Part shown: positions 61,572 to 64,000 of the stretch, piece after piece
Layout: every line of letters begins with the position of its first letter
Position numbering within the stretch: position 1 is the stretch's first letter
Made by a program: the position numbers and the translations under genes
NCBI GenBank assembly: GCA_963702425.1
Contig: CAVPCQ010000017.1
Span: 1-64,000, forward strand
Source: an uncultured Acidobacteriota bacterium
Lineage (GTDB): Bacteria > Acidobacteriota > Polarisedimenticolia > J045
Reading direction: 5' to 3'
DNA: 64,000 nucleotides
Notes under the pieces: model-generated
Database searches by the model: none
What the model was told of the DNA's origin: nothing
Seen by the model: only the letters and a program-made list of their open reading frames with translations

Positions 61572-64000
61572 AGTGCATCACAGACTACGTACCGCGATCT
61601 TGAACTTCCCGATCGTGTCGTTGTCACCCATCGGCCACATCCGCTGCGAGGGCAGTCGCTGAAAGTGACCCGCCTGCGCCGGTTGGGCAGCGGGGCCTGT
61701 TGGTGCGTTCGTCTGCCCGACGGCTCCACCGGTGTCGTGCCGTGCCGCTGGACCGACCATCCGCTGGCGGACGTCCCGCCGGCGCCGTCGGAGGCGCACG
61801 GCCGCGCGACCCCGCGGGCGCTGCGCGATCTCACGCGACTGCTCGAACGGCTTGTCCTCCCGGACCCGGACCTCGATGCTCCCGCCGGCGATTCGGCAGA
61901 AGGAGGTCGGCATGGGCGAGCAAGGCCGTCTGTTCGAGCGGCACCCGCTCCCGTGGGTGGTGCGACTGTGGAGCACGATCGAGCCCGACGCGCGACGGGA
62001 GGTGGTCACGCTGCTGGCGGAGATGGCTCGCCGGTCGCTGCTCGCACGCGGGTCGGACGGCCCGGAGGAGTCGGATGATGAATCTTGACGAGATCACCCC
62101 GGCCCAGCGCGCGCGGTGGGCCTGCGTCTACGTGCGGCAGTCGTCGCTCCACCAGGTCCGCCAGCACCCGGAGAGCCAGCGTCGCCAGCGCGAGCTCGTC
62201 GAGCGCGCCGTCGCGCTGGGCTGGCCGCCCGAGCGGATCACCGTCTTCGACCAGGACCTGGGCGAGACCGCGGCCCGCAGCGGCGAGCGCGCCGGCTTCG
62301 ACGAGATGGTCGCCCAGACGGCGTTGGGACAGGTCGGCCTGATTCTCGGCCTCGACGTCTCGCGCATTTCGCGGAGCAACCGGAATTGGTACCATCTGCT
62401 CGACATCTGCGCGATCCGTCAGACGCTGATCGGCGATGCCGAAGGGATCTACGACCCGCGGGCCTACAACGATCGGCTGTTGCTGGGCCTGAAAGGGACG
62501 ATGAGTGAAGCCGAGCTGCACATGATGAAGCAGCGCCTGGTCGAAGCGATGCGCAGCAAGGCGCAGCGGGGCGCGTTCCGCTTCCGGCCGGGTCCGGGTT
62601 ACGTCTGGGACGACGCCGGCCGCTTGGTGAAGGACCCGGACGCGCAGGTGCGGGCGACGATCGAGCGGATCTTCGCCTGCTTCGAGCAGCTCGGTACCGT
62701 GCGGGCCGCCCACCGCGCGCTGCTCGCCGACGGGATCGAGGTGCCCGTCCTGAGCGGTCCCGGCCACCGCACGCGCTTCCAGCCGCCGGACGAAGGCTAC
62801 CTGTATCGCCTGCTGCGGAATCCGCTCTACGCCGGGGCCTACGTCTACGGCCGGAGCCAGGTCGTCGAAGCGCTCGATGCGGCGCAGCGACCGATCAAGC
62901 GCCTGCGCCGCCGGGCCCCGGAGCAGTGGCCGGTGCTGATCCAGGATCATCACGAGAGCTACCTGGCGTGGGAGCAGTTCGAGCGCAACCAGCGCCAGAT
63001 CGCGGCCAACCGCAAGGGACCGGGACCCGGTCCGCCGCGCGAAGGCCGGTCGCTGCTGCAGGGGCTCTTGCTCTGCGGTCGCTGCGGCCGGCGGATGCAG
63101 GTGAGCTATGGCCGTCGCGGCCGGCACGTGCGGTACACCTGCGGGGGCCGGCGCCGGCAGTTGCAGGGCGGTTCGGCAAGCTGCCCGGACGTCGGGGCGC
63201 TGCGGATCGAACAGGCGGTCGAGAAGCTGGTCCTGAGCGCGCTGGAGCCGCTGGGCGCGGAGGCGCTGCTCGAGGCCTCGGCGCGGCACGCCGAGGCGAG
63301 CCTCCAGGAGCGTGTGCGTTGGGAGCAGCAGATCGAGCGCGCGCGCTACGAAGTCGACCTGGCGCGTCGGCAGTACGAGGCCGTCGATCCGGCCCACCGC
63401 CTGGTCGCCGGGGAGCTGGAGCGGCGCTGGGAAGTCGCCCTGAAGGCGCTGGAGGACGTGCGGCGCCGGGCGGAGGCCCAGCTCCGCACGCTCGAGCCGG
63501 CGCTCGGCGAGGACGACCAGCGACGGCTGCGGCAGACCCTCGCGGCGCTGCCGCGCCTGTGGCAGGCGGCGACGACGCGGGTGCAGGACAAGAAGCGGGT
63601 CCTGCGCTGCCTGATCGAGAATGTCGTCGTCGCGATTCCGGACGACGGCCCGGAGGTGCGGGTCGAGGTGCACTGGGTGGGCGGCGAGATGACGCCGCTG
63701 GCCGTGCGGCGCGGCCGCCCGGGCGAGACACGTTTCATCGCCGACGAGGCGCTGGTGGCGCTGGTGCGGGACCTTGCCGTGGAGTTCACCGATGACCAGA
63801 TCGCGCGGATCCTCGGGCGCAAGGGGCTCAAGACCCCGACCGGGCTGCCCTTCACGCGGCTGCGCGTGACCTCGATGCGTGGCAACCACGACCTCCCCGG
63901 TCTCGGACGCCGGCCGTTGGACGGCGAGGACGTGTACGACGCCGATCAGGCCGCCGAGAAGCTCGGCGTCGCGACCAGCACGGTGATCCGCTGGGTGGAG
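61567..64000 (+). mobile_element. Second copy of serine-recombinase element A (runs off window)
   Basis: Same attL junction CTGCCCGC|AGTGCATC as 36061; near-identical sequence, no IS66. Confidence 0.9.
62075..64000 (+). CDS. Large serine recombinase, apparently intact, partial at window end
   Basis: RBS GGAGGAG + ATG; carries the base missing at 36746 and a single AGGCCGTC. Confidence 0.9.
   Translation, partial: MMNLDEITPAQRARWACVYVRQSSLHQVRQHPESQRRQRELVERAVALGWPPERITVFDQDLGETAARSGERAGFDEMVAQTALGQVGLILGLDVSRISRSNRNWYHLLDICAIRQTLIGDAEGIYDPRAYNDRLLLGLKGTMSEAELHMMKQRLVEAMRSKAQRGAFRFRPGPGYVWDDAGRLVKDPDAQVRATIERIFACFEQLGTVRAAHRALLADGIEVPVLSGPGHRTRFQPPDEGYLYRLLRNPLYAGAYVYGRSQVVEALDAAQRPIKRLRRRAPEQWPVLIQDHHESYLAWEQFERNQRQIAANRKGPGPGPPREGRSLLQGLLLCGRCGRRMQVSYGRRGRHVRYTCGGRRRQLQGGSASCPDVGALRIEQAVEKLVLSALEPLGAEALLEASARHAEASLQERVRWEQQIERARYEVDLARRQYEAVDPAHRLVAGELERRWEVALKALEDVRRRAEAQLRTLEPALGEDDQRRLRQTLAALPRLWQAATTRVQDKKRVLRCLIENVVVAIPDDGPEVRVEVHWVGGEMTPLAVRRGRPGETRFIADEALVALVRDLAVEFTDDQIARILGRKGLKTPTGLPFTRLRVTSMRGNHDLPGLGRRPLDGEDVYDADQAAEKLGVATSTVIRWVE

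Overview
High-GC bacterial accessory region dominated by nested mobile elements. It holds two IS21 elements, four degenerate IS91/ISCR-like copies, four copies plus end fragments of a TGT...ACA rve (IS481/IS3-like) element, a RIT tyrosine-recombinase trio, an IS66, two class-C group II introns, IS1111, IS3 and IS1380 remnants, and a small integrase-less integron cassette array. Cargo includes a DUF4062-NACHT-TPR protein, a CpXC-TPR-CHAT protease paired with a TIR/ubiquitin-like protein, a Sec-signal RHS toxin locus, and secreted hydrolases. The strongest novel signal is a pair of compact large-serine-recombinase elements (three insertions). They integrate site-specifically 24 bp apart inside IS91-like transposase genes, and an empty target copy is present in the window. 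In both element types the DUF5372-like first gene gains its in-frame start only when attP is re-formed by excision. Many single-base frameshifts suggest assembly indels. All family calls come from motif recognition by eye; no searches were run. No rRNA, tRNA or CRISPR array was seen.
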